From: an uncultured Candidatus Binatia bacterium | GTDB taxonomy: Bacteria > Desulfobacterota > Binatia > UBA9968 > JAJDTQ01 | Length of the DNA stretch: 64,000 nucleotides | Assembly (NCBI GenBank): GCA_965215605.1 | Contig: OZ244070.1 | Coordinates: forward strand, 2,752,001 to 2,816,000 | Direction: 5' to 3' | Shown here: piece by piece, positions 12,283 through 20,556 of the stretch | Layout of the letters: every line of letters starts with the position of its first letter | Position numbering within the stretch: the stretch's first letter is position 1 | Made by a program: the position numbers and the translations under genes | The notes under the pieces: model-generated | What the model saw: only the letters and a program-made list of their open reading frames with translations | What the model was told of the DNA's origin: nothing | Database searches by the model: none

Positions 12283-12808
12283 GGCCAACCCTGGGGCGTT
12301 GTTCACCGTCGTCGTCCTGCTGCTGATGGTCGGCCTGGTGATCACCGCCAAGCAGTGGCAATACCAGGCGCGGCTGTTTCCATGGACCATCGGCATTCCC
12401 ACGATGCTGCTATGTTTCCTGCAGCTCGGCCTGGACCTGTTTCGCGGCAAGGACGGAGACCAGGACGTGGCGGGCATGATGGACCTGCCGGTGGACCGAA
12501 GCGTTCCGGTGGCGGTGGTGGTCAGGCGCGCCATCAACATTTTCGCATGGATCGTCGGCCTCTACCTGTCCATCTGGATCATCGGGTTCATCCTCAGCGT
12601 CCCGCTCTTCCTGCTCCTCTACTTGGGCATTCAGGCCGGCGAGTCGTGGAAGGTCGCCGTGACCTACATGCTGGTGATGATGGTGTTCATGATCGGGGTC
12701 TTCGAGATGGTGTTGCACATCCCGTGGCCGCCGGGCTTGATTAACGGGCCGCAAGAGTTCATTCTGGGGCTGGTGGAAAGGTACTTGTCGGGTCTGGTTC
12801 CCATTTGA
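12272..12808 (+). CDS. Tripartite tricarboxylate transporter small permease (TctB family)
   Basis: ARLFP motif, 4-5 TM segments, LHIPWP C-terminus; overlaps the TctA gene. Confidence 0.85.
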   Translation: MKFKANPGALFTVVVLLLMVGLVITAKQWQYQARLFPWTIGIPTMLLCFLQLGLDLFRGKDGDQDVAGMMDLPVDRSVPVAVVVRRAINIFAWIVGLYLSIWIIGFILSVPLFLLLYLGIQAGESWKVAVTYMLVMMVFMIGVFEMVLHIPWPPGLINGPQEFILGLVERYLSGLVPI

Positions 12809-12840
12809 TTGCGGGGCCGGAATTTGGGTCAAGATGGCAC

Positions 12841-12870
12841 TTGACATTTGCCGCAAGGCTTACGTATAAA
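12841..12870 (+). promoter_or_regulatory. sigma70-like promoter
   Basis: TTGACA, 18 nt, TATAAA upstream of the 12917 ORF. Confidence 0.55.
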
Positions 12871-12916
12871 AAGAGCCGTCTGGATCAGCGGAGAAAAAAC
12901 CAAAGGGAGGTAGCGT

Positions 12917-13315
12917 ATGGCAAGGAAGAGTCTAGTCGGTTTGGCGGCGGCCTTGGGAGCGTTGTTTCTGCTGTCGACGGTCGCTATGGCAATGGGCCCC
13001 AAGCTCATGGTTGACGTGGGCGACGTGAAGAAGGGCCGGCTGCAGGTCAAGATCTCCGCGGAGGGCCTCAAGGCGGGCCAAGAGGTGGGCATCCGCACCA
13101 TGATGGGCGGCGTGCTGTCGGACGTGAGCTTCCTGGCGAAGCCTGCGGTCGAGAAGGCGGACGACAAGGGCATGGTGGCCACCACGTGGGGGATCCGGGG
13201 ACGGACCATCAAGCGGCTGCTGAAGCCCGGCGACCACGAGGTCATGCTGGTGGATGCGGACGGCAACACTTTGGCCAAGGCCAAGCTGTCGATTCCCAAG
13301 CCGGCCAAGAAATAG
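12917..13315 (+). CDS. Small secreted hypothetical protein
   Basis: Strong SD GGGAGG, signal peptide ending AMA, typical high-GC3 codon usage; no recognised domain. Confidence 0.75.
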   Translation: MARKSLVGLAAALGALFLLSTVAMAMGPKLMVDVGDVKKGRLQVKISAEGLKAGQEVGIRTMMGGVLSDVSFLAKPAVEKADDKGMVATTWGIRGRTIKRLLKPGDHEVMLVDADGNTLAKAKLSIPKPAKK

Positions 13316-13403
13316 GTTTGCATGCGGAAGGAGCGTCCCTGGTCTCGTGCCAGGGACACTCTTCATGCAGGTCGGCTCCGGCAGGAGCGGCCGTCAATTA
13401 CAG

Positions 13404-13447
13404 ACGGGCTGAGGATCTCGGTTTGAACTCGAGTCCTCAGCCCGTTT
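13404..13447 (+). terminator. Stem-loop, probable terminator or processing hairpin
   Basis: ACGGGCTGAGGA / TCCTCAGCCCGT 12-bp arms followed by a short T run. Confidence 0.5.
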
Positions 13448-13527
13448 GCGTTCAAGGCCCGGCTTTGCCCGGATGATCGGGTGGGGTCCCGGCGGCTGGT
13501 GGCCGCTGTGGAGGAGGTAAACGGATC

Positions 13528-14610
13528 ATGAAGCGATCGAGAGTGGCGAGTTGGTGCACCGTGTTCTTTCTAATGTTCTTCGCCGTGTTGACCACGACGG
13601 CGGCGGCCAAGACCATAACCATCCTGATCGGCTATCCGCCCGGCGGAGGCCACGACATCGAGGCGCGCGTCATGGGGCGCTACCTCGGAAAATACCTTCC
13701 CGGAAACCCGAAGGTCATCGTCCAGAACATGCCGGGTGCCGGCGGCATGATCATGTCGTCCTACGTCTACAACCGGGCCAAGCCGGACGGGAACACCATC
13801 GGCCTCTTCGGCAGCAGCCACGGACTGCAGGCGGTGCTGGCGCCGCCGGAAATGGTCAAGTACGATCTTTCCAAGATGCCGATCATCTGGTCCGTTGCCG
13901 GCATCCAGGTTCATCTGACACGGGACTTTCTCGGAGCGAAAAACGCCAACGATCTGTTGACCAAGGTCGACCGTTCGAAGATCGTCGTGGCGGGCCGCTC
14001 CAAGCAGGGCTCCTCGTGCCTGCGCGGCCAGTTGGCCCTGCGGCTCCTGGGCGTCGAAAAGTACACGGCGGTGTGCGCCTATGGGGGAACGTCACCCATC
14101 AGGGCCGCCATGGAACGGAGCGAGGTGAGTTACTTCGTGGCCAGCGACGCTCACCTGGTGGGCGGCGGCGCCTTCGTGGACCTGCACAAGCGCGGCCTGG
14201 TGTTCCCGATGTACCAGAGCGGTATCCTCAAGGCCGATGGGAGCATCGCGCGGTCCGCCACGGTCAAGGGGGACGTCCCCACGCTTTACGAGGTGTTCAA
14301 GGCGGCCCACAAGAAAGAGCCTTCGGGCCCCGATTGGGAGGCGTGGCGCGCCATCGGGCTGGGTATCTCGAATCTGACCCGCACCCTGGTGCTGCCTCCG
14401 GGCATCGCCGCGGCCAAGGTCGGGGAGTTGCGCGAGGCGGTGGGGAAGATGTCCAAGGATCCGGGTTTCGTCAAGGACTGGGAGAGGGTCTTCGGCCAGA
14501 AGCTCGCTCCGGTGCTGGTGACGCCGAAGGATGCGTCCAAGATCCGCGACGAGACCATGGCGCCCGCCGAGTGGCAGACTCATCTCCGCAAGTTCGTCGG
14601 CGTCAAGTAG
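13528..14610 (+). CDS. TTT substrate-binding protein (TctC/Bug family)
   Basis: Signal peptide, GYPPGGGHD, QNMPGAGG, KPDGNTI. Confidence 0.88.
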   Translation: MKRSRVASWCTVFFLMFFAVLTTTAAAKTITILIGYPPGGGHDIEARVMGRYLGKYLPGNPKVIVQNMPGAGGMIMSSYVYNRAKPDGNTIGLFGSSHGLQAVLAPPEMVKYDLSKMPIIWSVAGIQVHLTRDFLGAKNANDLLTKVDRSKIVVAGRSKQGSSCLRGQLALRLLGVEKYTAVCAYGGTSPIRAAMERSEVSYFVASDAHLVGGGAFVDLHKRGLVFPMYQSGILKADGSIARSATVKGDVPTLYEVFKAAHKKEPSGPDWEAWRAIGLGISNLTRTLVLPPGIAAAKVGELREAVGKMSKDPGFVKDWERVFGQKLAPVLVTPKDASKIRDETMAPAEWQTHLRKFVGVK

Positions 14611-14662
14611 CGTCCGTGTGAACGGAGAGGTGTCCCATCGGTTCTCGCAAAGGAGAAATCTC

Positions 14663-15760
14663 ATGACCTTACGAAAAGTGTTGTTGTTCGTGTGCTGTGC
14701 GATGCTGGGGATTCTCGCCTTCGGCCCGGCGCATGCCTTCACCGAAGGCAAGAGAATACAGATCCTTTCCGGCTATTCTCCCGGCGGCGGGCACGATACC
14801 GAAGGCCGGCTCATCGCCCGCCGCATCGGCAAGTACCTTCCGGGCATGCCCAAGAAGGTGGTCAAGATCAACATGCCCGGGGCGTCCGGTCTGATTCACG
14901 GCGCCTACACTGCCCACAAGGCCAAAAAGGACGGCCTCACCTGGTCCATCATGGGCACCACCCACCTGAGCAGTTCGGTCCTGAAGGAGCCCAAGCCCAA
15001 CTTCGACCTGACGAAGATGCCGTCGATCTACTCCACCAGCGGCGCCTCCGCCGCCATCGTCCGGGACTTCCTCAAGGTCAAGACCGGTCTCGAGCTGACC
15101 AAGATCGATCCCAAGACAATCGCGGTTTCAGGGCGCTCCATCACCGGATCGTCCTTCCTGAACGACGCCATCGGCCTGGACCTGCTGGGCATCAAGGGCT
15201 ACAAGTTCGCCGTGGGTTATCCCGGCACCGCCCAGATGGCCCTTGCGTTCCTGTCGGGAGAGGTCTCCTACGTCGGCGGCACCGGGCTCCATCACGTGCT
15301 TGGCAGCGGGGGGCGGTACTATTCCTCCATCCAGGAGGGGGTCGCCGTCGCCATCTGGCAGGGCGGCGTGTTGACTCCCGACGGGAAGGTCATCCGTTCT
15401 CCCGGCACCGACATCCCGACCTTCGAGGAGGTCTACAAGCAGGTGCATGGCAAGGCCCCCTCGGGCCCGGCGTGGGAGGCGTACAAGCTGACCGGCCCGA
15501 CCCTGCGGACCCTGAACCGTACGCTGGTGGTGCCTCCGGGCACGCCGGCGGACCGCGTGGCCGCCATCCGGGCCGCCTTCGACAAGATGTACTCCGATCC
15601 CGTCTACGTGAAGGAGTGGGAGAAGATTTTCGGGCTCAAGCTCGACTACATCAAGGGTCCCGACGCGGACAAGGTCACCAAGACCCTGCTCCGGCCCTCG
15701 CCGGGGTGGGACTATCTCAAGAAGGAGTACATCCCCGCGCTGCTGGCGCGCAAGAAATAG
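14663..15760 (+). CDS. TTT substrate-binding protein (TctC/Bug family), second paralog
   Basis: Signal peptide, GYSPGGGHD, NMPGASG, PPGTP; SD AAGGAG. Confidence 0.88.
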   Translation: MTLRKVLLFVCCAMLGILAFGPAHAFTEGKRIQILSGYSPGGGHDTEGRLIARRIGKYLPGMPKKVVKINMPGASGLIHGAYTAHKAKKDGLTWSIMGTTHLSSSVLKEPKPNFDLTKMPSIYSTSGASAAIVRDFLKVKTGLELTKIDPKTIAVSGRSITGSSFLNDAIGLDLLGIKGYKFAVGYPGTAQMALAFLSGEVSYVGGTGLHHVLGSGGRYYSSIQEGVAVAIWQGGVLTPDGKVIRSPGTDIPTFEEVYKQVHGKAPSGPAWEAYKLTGPTLRTLNRTLVVPPGTPADRVAAIRAAFDKMYSDPVYVKEWEKIFGLKLDYIKGPDADKVTKTLLRPSPGWDYLKKEYIPALLARKK

Positions 15761-15841
15761 ACCAACAATAGACCAACCCCATTGCCGTCCGGCGCGGTTC
15801 GCGCGCCGGACGGCAATGAATTCCCGACGGCGAAACATCTT

Positions 15842-17224
15842 ATGAAAAAGGACATACGCACCTGGATCGACCAGTTGCGGGGCGCCGGTGTGCTCGACAC
15901 CATCTCGAAGCCGGTGGATCCGCGGACGCAGATGGGCGCGCTCCTGTGGCAGTCCCGTGAGCGGGCGCTGCTCTTCGAGAACCTCGACGGCTATCCGGGC
16001 TGGCGCTGCCTCGGGCAGGCGCCGGGCGACGTGCGGCTGGCGCCGCTGGCCTTCGGCTGCGACCGCAACGAGATGGTGCCGGAGTTCGTCCGGCGTACGC
16101 AGACGGCCGGCACTACCCGCTTGGTATCCTCGGGTCCGGTCAAGGAGCGCGTGCTCAAGGGCGACGAGGTGGACATCACGAAGATGCCCATCCACCAGTG
16201 CGGCATCCGGGACGGCGGCCCCTTCATCTCCGCGGGGCTGATGATCTCCAAGGATCCGGACACGGGCCACCGCAACCTGAGCTTCCACCGCCTGCAGATG
16301 AAGGGACCCCGGAAGACCGGCATCCTGCTCTATCCGCGCCATGGCTGGGCCAACTACCAGAAGCACGAATCCAAGGGCGAGGGCATGCCCGTGGCCTTCA
16401 TGATCGGCCACCACCCCATGTATTACTTCGCCGCCGCCACCACCACGGACTACGGCCGGGACGAGTTGACCATCGCCTCGGGGCTCTTGCAGGAAGAGGT
16501 CGAGATGGTGAAGTGCGAGACCATCGACATGGAGGTGCCGGCCCAGGCCGAGGTGGTGCTGGAAGGCGAGATCCTGCCCCACGTGCGCGAGGAGGAAGGC
16601 CCCTTCAGCGAGTTTCAGGACTACTACCTGGCGGGCGCGGGCCAGAACCCCGTGTTCCAGGTGAACGCCATCACCATGCGCGGCGACGCCATCTTCAAGA
16701 ACATCCAGAACGGCGCCGAGGTGGAGGGCTGCGTCTATCACAAGGTGCCCATGTCCGCCCAGATCCTCCGGCGCATAAGGAGCGTCGGCGGCGGTGCCCA
16801 GGTGAAGAACGTGCTGGCGTTGCCGGGCATCTTCGGCATCGTCGTGCAGATGAACGCCCGCTACTACGGCGAGGCCAGAAATGTCCTCATGGCCGCGCTT
16901 TCCAGCGAGTACCAGCATCCCAAGGTGGCCATCGCCGTGGACGAGGACGTGGACATCTTCAACTATGCCGACGTGTTGTGGGCGATCTCCACGAGAGTGA
17001 ACCCGGCGGAAGACATCATCACCATACCCGGCGCGAAGGTCCACGCCATGGACCCCTCGTGCCAGGAAGTGGGCAAGCCCGGCGCGCCCGGCTGGCACCG
17101 GGTCGGCGGCAAGGTGATGATCGACGCCACCAAGCCGCCGGAGTGCGACCCGGCGCGGCGGTTCGAGTTCGAGCGCCTGCAGCCCATGGGCGCGGGCCAG
17201 GTGCGATTGGAAGATTTTCTCTAG
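15842..17224 (+). CDS. UbiD-family (prFMN-dependent) (de)carboxylase
   Basis: DGGPFI, NLSFHR, EEEGPFSEF, VDEDVD, WAISTR, IDATK. Confidence 0.92.
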   Translation: MKKDIRTWIDQLRGAGVLDTISKPVDPRTQMGALLWQSRERALLFENLDGYPGWRCLGQAPGDVRLAPLAFGCDRNEMVPEFVRRTQTAGTTRLVSSGPVKERVLKGDEVDITKMPIHQCGIRDGGPFISAGLMISKDPDTGHRNLSFHRLQMKGPRKTGILLYPRHGWANYQKHESKGEGMPVAFMIGHHPMYYFAAATTTDYGRDELTIASGLLQEEVEMVKCETIDMEVPAQAEVVLEGEILPHVREEEGPFSEFQDYYLAGAGQNPVFQVNAITMRGDAIFKNIQNGAEVEGCVYHKVPMSAQILRRIRSVGGGAQVKNVLALPGIFGIVVQMNARYYGEARNVLMAALSSEYQHPKVAIAVDEDVDIFNYADVLWAISTRVNPAEDIITIPGAKVHAMDPSCQEVGKPGAPGWHRVGGKVMIDATKPPECDPARRFEFERLQPMGAGQVRLEDFL

Positions 17225-17309
17225 CAGCCTGTCCGGCTGGCGGGCGTAGGAGCGACCCGCGATCGCCCGTGCACGCGCCCGCCACCATGGCCGGAAGAAG
17301 GAGCCCAGA

Positions 17310-18050
17310 TTGAGCGACGTGGCCATCATTTCCGGCGGCGGCAACGGCATCGGCCGTTGCGTCGCGTTGCGTTTCGCCCGAGCGGGCATCGCCGTCGCCA
17401 TCGCCGACGCGGACCGGGAGGGAGCCGACAGGGTCGTGGGCGAGCTGACCGCCGCCGGGGCGCAGGCCCGGGCCTACTCCGTCGACGTGACCCGTGCGGC
17501 GGAGATCAAGGACGTGGTGGCGCAAGTCCGCGCGGGTCTCGGCAGCGTCGACATCCTCTGCAACCTGGCCGGCGGCACCATCCACACCAAAGCGGTGGAG
17601 GACCTGTCCTGGGCCGAGTGGCGCGAGGTGCTGGACGTCAACCTGAAGGGGACCTTCCTCTTCTGCCGCGAGGTGGCTCCGCTGATGATGGAGCAACGGC
17701 GCGGCCGCATCGTCAACACCGCGTCCAATTACGGCCTTACCGGCTGCGCCTTGCGCACGCCCTACTCGGCGGCCAAGTCCGGCGTCATCGGGTTCACCAA
17801 ATCCTTGGCACGGGAGCTGGGAGCGTACGGCGTGCTGGTCAATACGGTCGCCCCGGGCCCCACGGATACCCCGCGGGTGCTGGCGAACGCCGCCCCCGGG
17901 TCCCGAGAGGCCTGGAAGCCGCTGATTCCCCTGGGCCGGACCGGCCAGCCGGAGGACATCGCCGAAGGCTTCTATTTCCTCGTGAGCCCCGAGAACACCT
18001 ACATCACCGGGTACACGCTCAACGTCAACGGCGGCGTGGTGATGAACTGA
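17310..18050 (+). CDS. Short-chain dehydrogenase/reductase
   Basis: GGGNGIG, YSAAK, NTVAPG; TTG start after AAGGAG. Confidence 0.9.
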   Translation: MSDVAIISGGGNGIGRCVALRFARAGIAVAIADADREGADRVVGELTAAGAQARAYSVDVTRAAEIKDVVAQVRAGLGSVDILCNLAGGTIHTKAVEDLSWAEWREVLDVNLKGTFLFCREVAPLMMEQRRGRIVNTASNYGLTGCALRTPYSAAKSGVIGFTKSLARELGAYGVLVNTVAPGPTDTPRVLANAAPGSREAWKPLIPLGRTGQPEDIAEGFYFLVSPENTYITGYTLNVNGGVVMN

Positions 18051-18150
18051 ACGGATTCGACGAACGGATATCCGTGGACTCGGCCGTCGCGGATGAATCC
18101 CTTGAATCCGGGCACCAGACGCGCTAGCTAATATCCTCGGTGCCCTCAAC

Positions 18151-18306
18151 CCGGCTGCGGCAAGTTCCGGGGTCGTTTCACCTTACGGTTCCCGTCCCAG
18201 GCAGGTCGCATTAGCGGAGCGAAACCGAGCGCAGGACTTTGATGTCTTGTCGGGTGACGCCTTCGGCCAACCCGGCCGACAGGGAAGGACCTTGTTGCCG
18301 CGCCGG
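18151..18306 (+). ncRNA. Candidate structured RNA (rod-like) in the intergenic region or 5' leader
   Basis: Ends pair (CCGGC-T-GCGGCAA with TTGCCGC-GCCGG); nested helices CGTC/GACG, GGCAGG/CTTGTC, GCATTA/TGATGT; family not recognised. Confidence 0.35.
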
Positions 18307-18355
18307 CCGGGAAGGCGCCACCGGGCAGAGTTCGGAATCAGGAGGAAGAACAGGC

Positions 18356-20464
18356 ATGGCCGAAGCGAAAGACTACATCATCGGTATCGACACGGGCGGA
18401 ACCTTCACGGACGTGGTCGTCATGTCACCCGGCGGGGAGGTGTGGACCGCCAAGGCGTCGACGACACCGGACGAGTTCTCCCGTGGCGTCATGGACGCCC
18501 TCACCGAGGCCGCGCGGGTGCTGGACGTGGACCGCGCCGACCTGCTGAAGCAGGCGGTGCTGTTCAAGCACGGCAGCACCGTGGCCACCAACGCGCTGAT
18601 CACCCGCACCGGCGTGAAGGTAGGCTTCATCACCACCCGCGGTTTCGAGGACACCACCGAGATCATGCGCGCCATCGGCCGGGTGGACGGCCTCTCCGAG
18701 GAGGAGATCCGCCACGCCACCTGGGTCACCAAGCCGGACCCCCTGGTGCCGCGCGAGCGGGTTCTGGGGGTGCGCGAGCGCATCGACTACCGCGGCGAGG
18801 TGGTGGTGCCGCTGTCCCGCGAGGACGTGATGGAGGCCATCCGCAAGCTGGTGGACGAGGAGGGGTGCGAAGCCATCGCGGTGAGCCTGCTCCACGCTTG
18901 GGCCAACTCCAGGCATGAGGACGATGTCCGCGCCCTGACCCTGGAGGCCGACCCGTCACGCAAGGTGTTCTGGTCCTTCGGCAGCGAGCTGGCCCAGGTG
19001 GCGGGCGAGTATGCCCGCGCCAACACCGCCATCATCAACAGCTTCCTCGGCCCAACCGTCGACCGCTATCTCGGCGGCCTCCAGACCAAGCTCGAAGAGG
19101 GCGGCCTGGAAGGGCCGTTCCTGATCATGCAGGGGAACGGCGGCGTGGCCCACCGCACCCACGCAACGCCGGTGTCCAACCTCCAGTCCGGACCCGCCGG
19201 CGGCGCCATCGCCTCGGCCTATGTGGCCGGCCTGCTGGGCCACCCCAACGTCATCACCGCGGACATGGGCGGCACCAGCTTCGACGTGGGCCTCATCACC
19301 GAAGGTTACTGGCGCTACGCCGCGGAGCCCATCGTCGAGCGCTTCCGCATGCTGCAGCCCATCATCGACATCCAGTCCATCGGCGCCGGCGGCGGCACCA
19401 TCGCCCGGGTCGACGAGGAGACCGGCCGGCTGCTGGTGGGCCCCCAGAGCGCGGGCGCGAGCCCGGGCCCGGTCTGCTACGATGCCGGCGGCGAGGAGGT
19501 CACAGTCACCGACTGCGACCTGGTGCTGGGCATCATCGACCCCGCGTACTTCCTGGGCGGCCGCAAGTCCCTGAACAAGGAAAAGGCCGAGAAGGTGGTG
19601 GAGGAGAAGATCGCCAAGCCCTTGGGGCTGAACAACGTCGAGGCCGCCGCCGGGGTCTACGACATCGTCAACAGCAAGATGTCCGACCTCATCCGCCAGC
19701 AGGTGGTGCGCACCGGACACCTACCCGAAGAGTTCGTGATCTACGCCTTCGGCGGCGCCGGACCGGTTCACGCCGGCGGCTTTTCCGCCGAGCTCGGCAT
19801 CAACCAGATCTACATCTTCCCCACCTCGCCGGTGTTCTCCGCTTTCGGCGTGGCCTCGGCGGACGTCATCCACACGCGGGTGATCACCTGCCAGTACATT
19901 TTCCCGGCCCAGCCGGAGGGGCCCAACGAGCGGCTCGACACCATCGAGAAGGAGCTCGGCGAGGCCATGACCGGCGAGGGCTTCAAGGCCGACCAGGTGG
20001 AGTACCGCCGGTTCTTCACCATGCGCTACCGGCGGCAGACCGCCGGCGTGGAGATCCTGTTGCCGTGGGATCGCATGACCGACGCGCGGCTGCAGGAGCT
20101 GCAGCAGATGTTCGAGACGAAGTACGAGGAGCTCTACGGCGTGGGCGCGGGCTACACCAAGGCCGGCATCGAGATCAGCGCCATCCGGGTGGACGCCGTC
20201 GGCCTGGTGACCAAACCGGAGCTGAAGCCGCAGCCGGTCGAGAAGGGCGACGGCTCTCAGGCCGTCAAGGGCAAGCGGAACGTTTACTTCACCCGGCCGG
20301 AGCGCAGCTTCATCGAGACCCCGGTGTACGACAACGCGCTGCTCAAGGCGGGCAACGAGGTGGCCGGGCCGGCCATCCTGGAGCTGCCCTTCACCACCAT
20401 CCCGGTACCGCCCGGCGCGCGGGTGACGGTCGACCCGTACCTGAACCTGGTGATGGAAATCTAG
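18356..20464 (+). CDS. Hydantoinase/oxoprolinase A family (acetone carboxylase beta-like ATP-binding subunit)
   Basis: GIDTGGTFTD, HGSTVATN, SGPAGG, DMGGTSFD, GAGGG, FGGAGP. Confidence 0.93.
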   Translation: MAEAKDYIIGIDTGGTFTDVVVMSPGGEVWTAKASTTPDEFSRGVMDALTEAARVLDVDRADLLKQAVLFKHGSTVATNALITRTGVKVGFITTRGFEDTTEIMRAIGRVDGLSEEEIRHATWVTKPDPLVPRERVLGVRERIDYRGEVVVPLSREDVMEAIRKLVDEEGCEAIAVSLLHAWANSRHEDDVRALTLEADPSRKVFWSFGSELAQVAGEYARANTAIINSFLGPTVDRYLGGLQTKLEEGGLEGPFLIMQGNGGVAHRTHATPVSNLQSGPAGGAIASAYVAGLLGHPNVITADMGGTSFDVGLITEGYWRYAAEPIVERFRMLQPIIDIQSIGAGGGTIARVDEETGRLLVGPQSAGASPGPVCYDAGGEEVTVTDCDLVLGIIDPAYFLGGRKSLNKEKAEKVVEEKIAKPLGLNNVEAAAGVYDIVNSKMSDLIRQQVVRTGHLPEEFVIYAFGGAGPVHAGGFSAELGINQIYIFPTSPVFSAFGVASADVIHTRVITCQYIFPAQPEGPNERLDTIEKELGEAMTGEGFKADQVEYRRFFTMRYRRQTAGVEILLPWDRMTDARLQELQQMFETKYEELYGVGAGYTKAGIEISAIRVDAVGLVTKPELKPQPVEKGDGSQAVKGKRNVYFTRPERSFIETPVYDNALLKAGNEVAGPAILELPFTTIPVPPGARVTVDPYLNLVMEI

Positions 20465-20491
20465 GAGCCTGCGCCGCACAAACGGGTGGCA

Positions 20492-20523
20492 CTCGTCATT
20501 CCCGCTTTCGCGGGAATGACGAG
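20492..20523. repeat. REP-like palindrome (GTCATTCCCGC family)
   Basis: CTCGTCATTCCCGC-TTTC-GCGGGAATGACGAG, perfect 14-bp arms; related copies at 34893 and 56333. Confidence 0.85.
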
Positions 20524-20556
20524 CAGAGATTCCGTGTAACAGATCAGGAGAGACTG

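Noticed and set aside
18151-18320. Assignment of the structured region to SRP RNA, a cobalamin riboswitch or a tRNA
   Set aside because: The diagnostic motifs (SRP domain IV, B12 box, T-loop and CCA cloverleaf) were not found, so it is left unassigned.
20065-20556. N-terminal extension of hydantoinase B
   Set aside because: It overlaps hydantoinase A and reads through a REP; the SD and ATG are at 20557.
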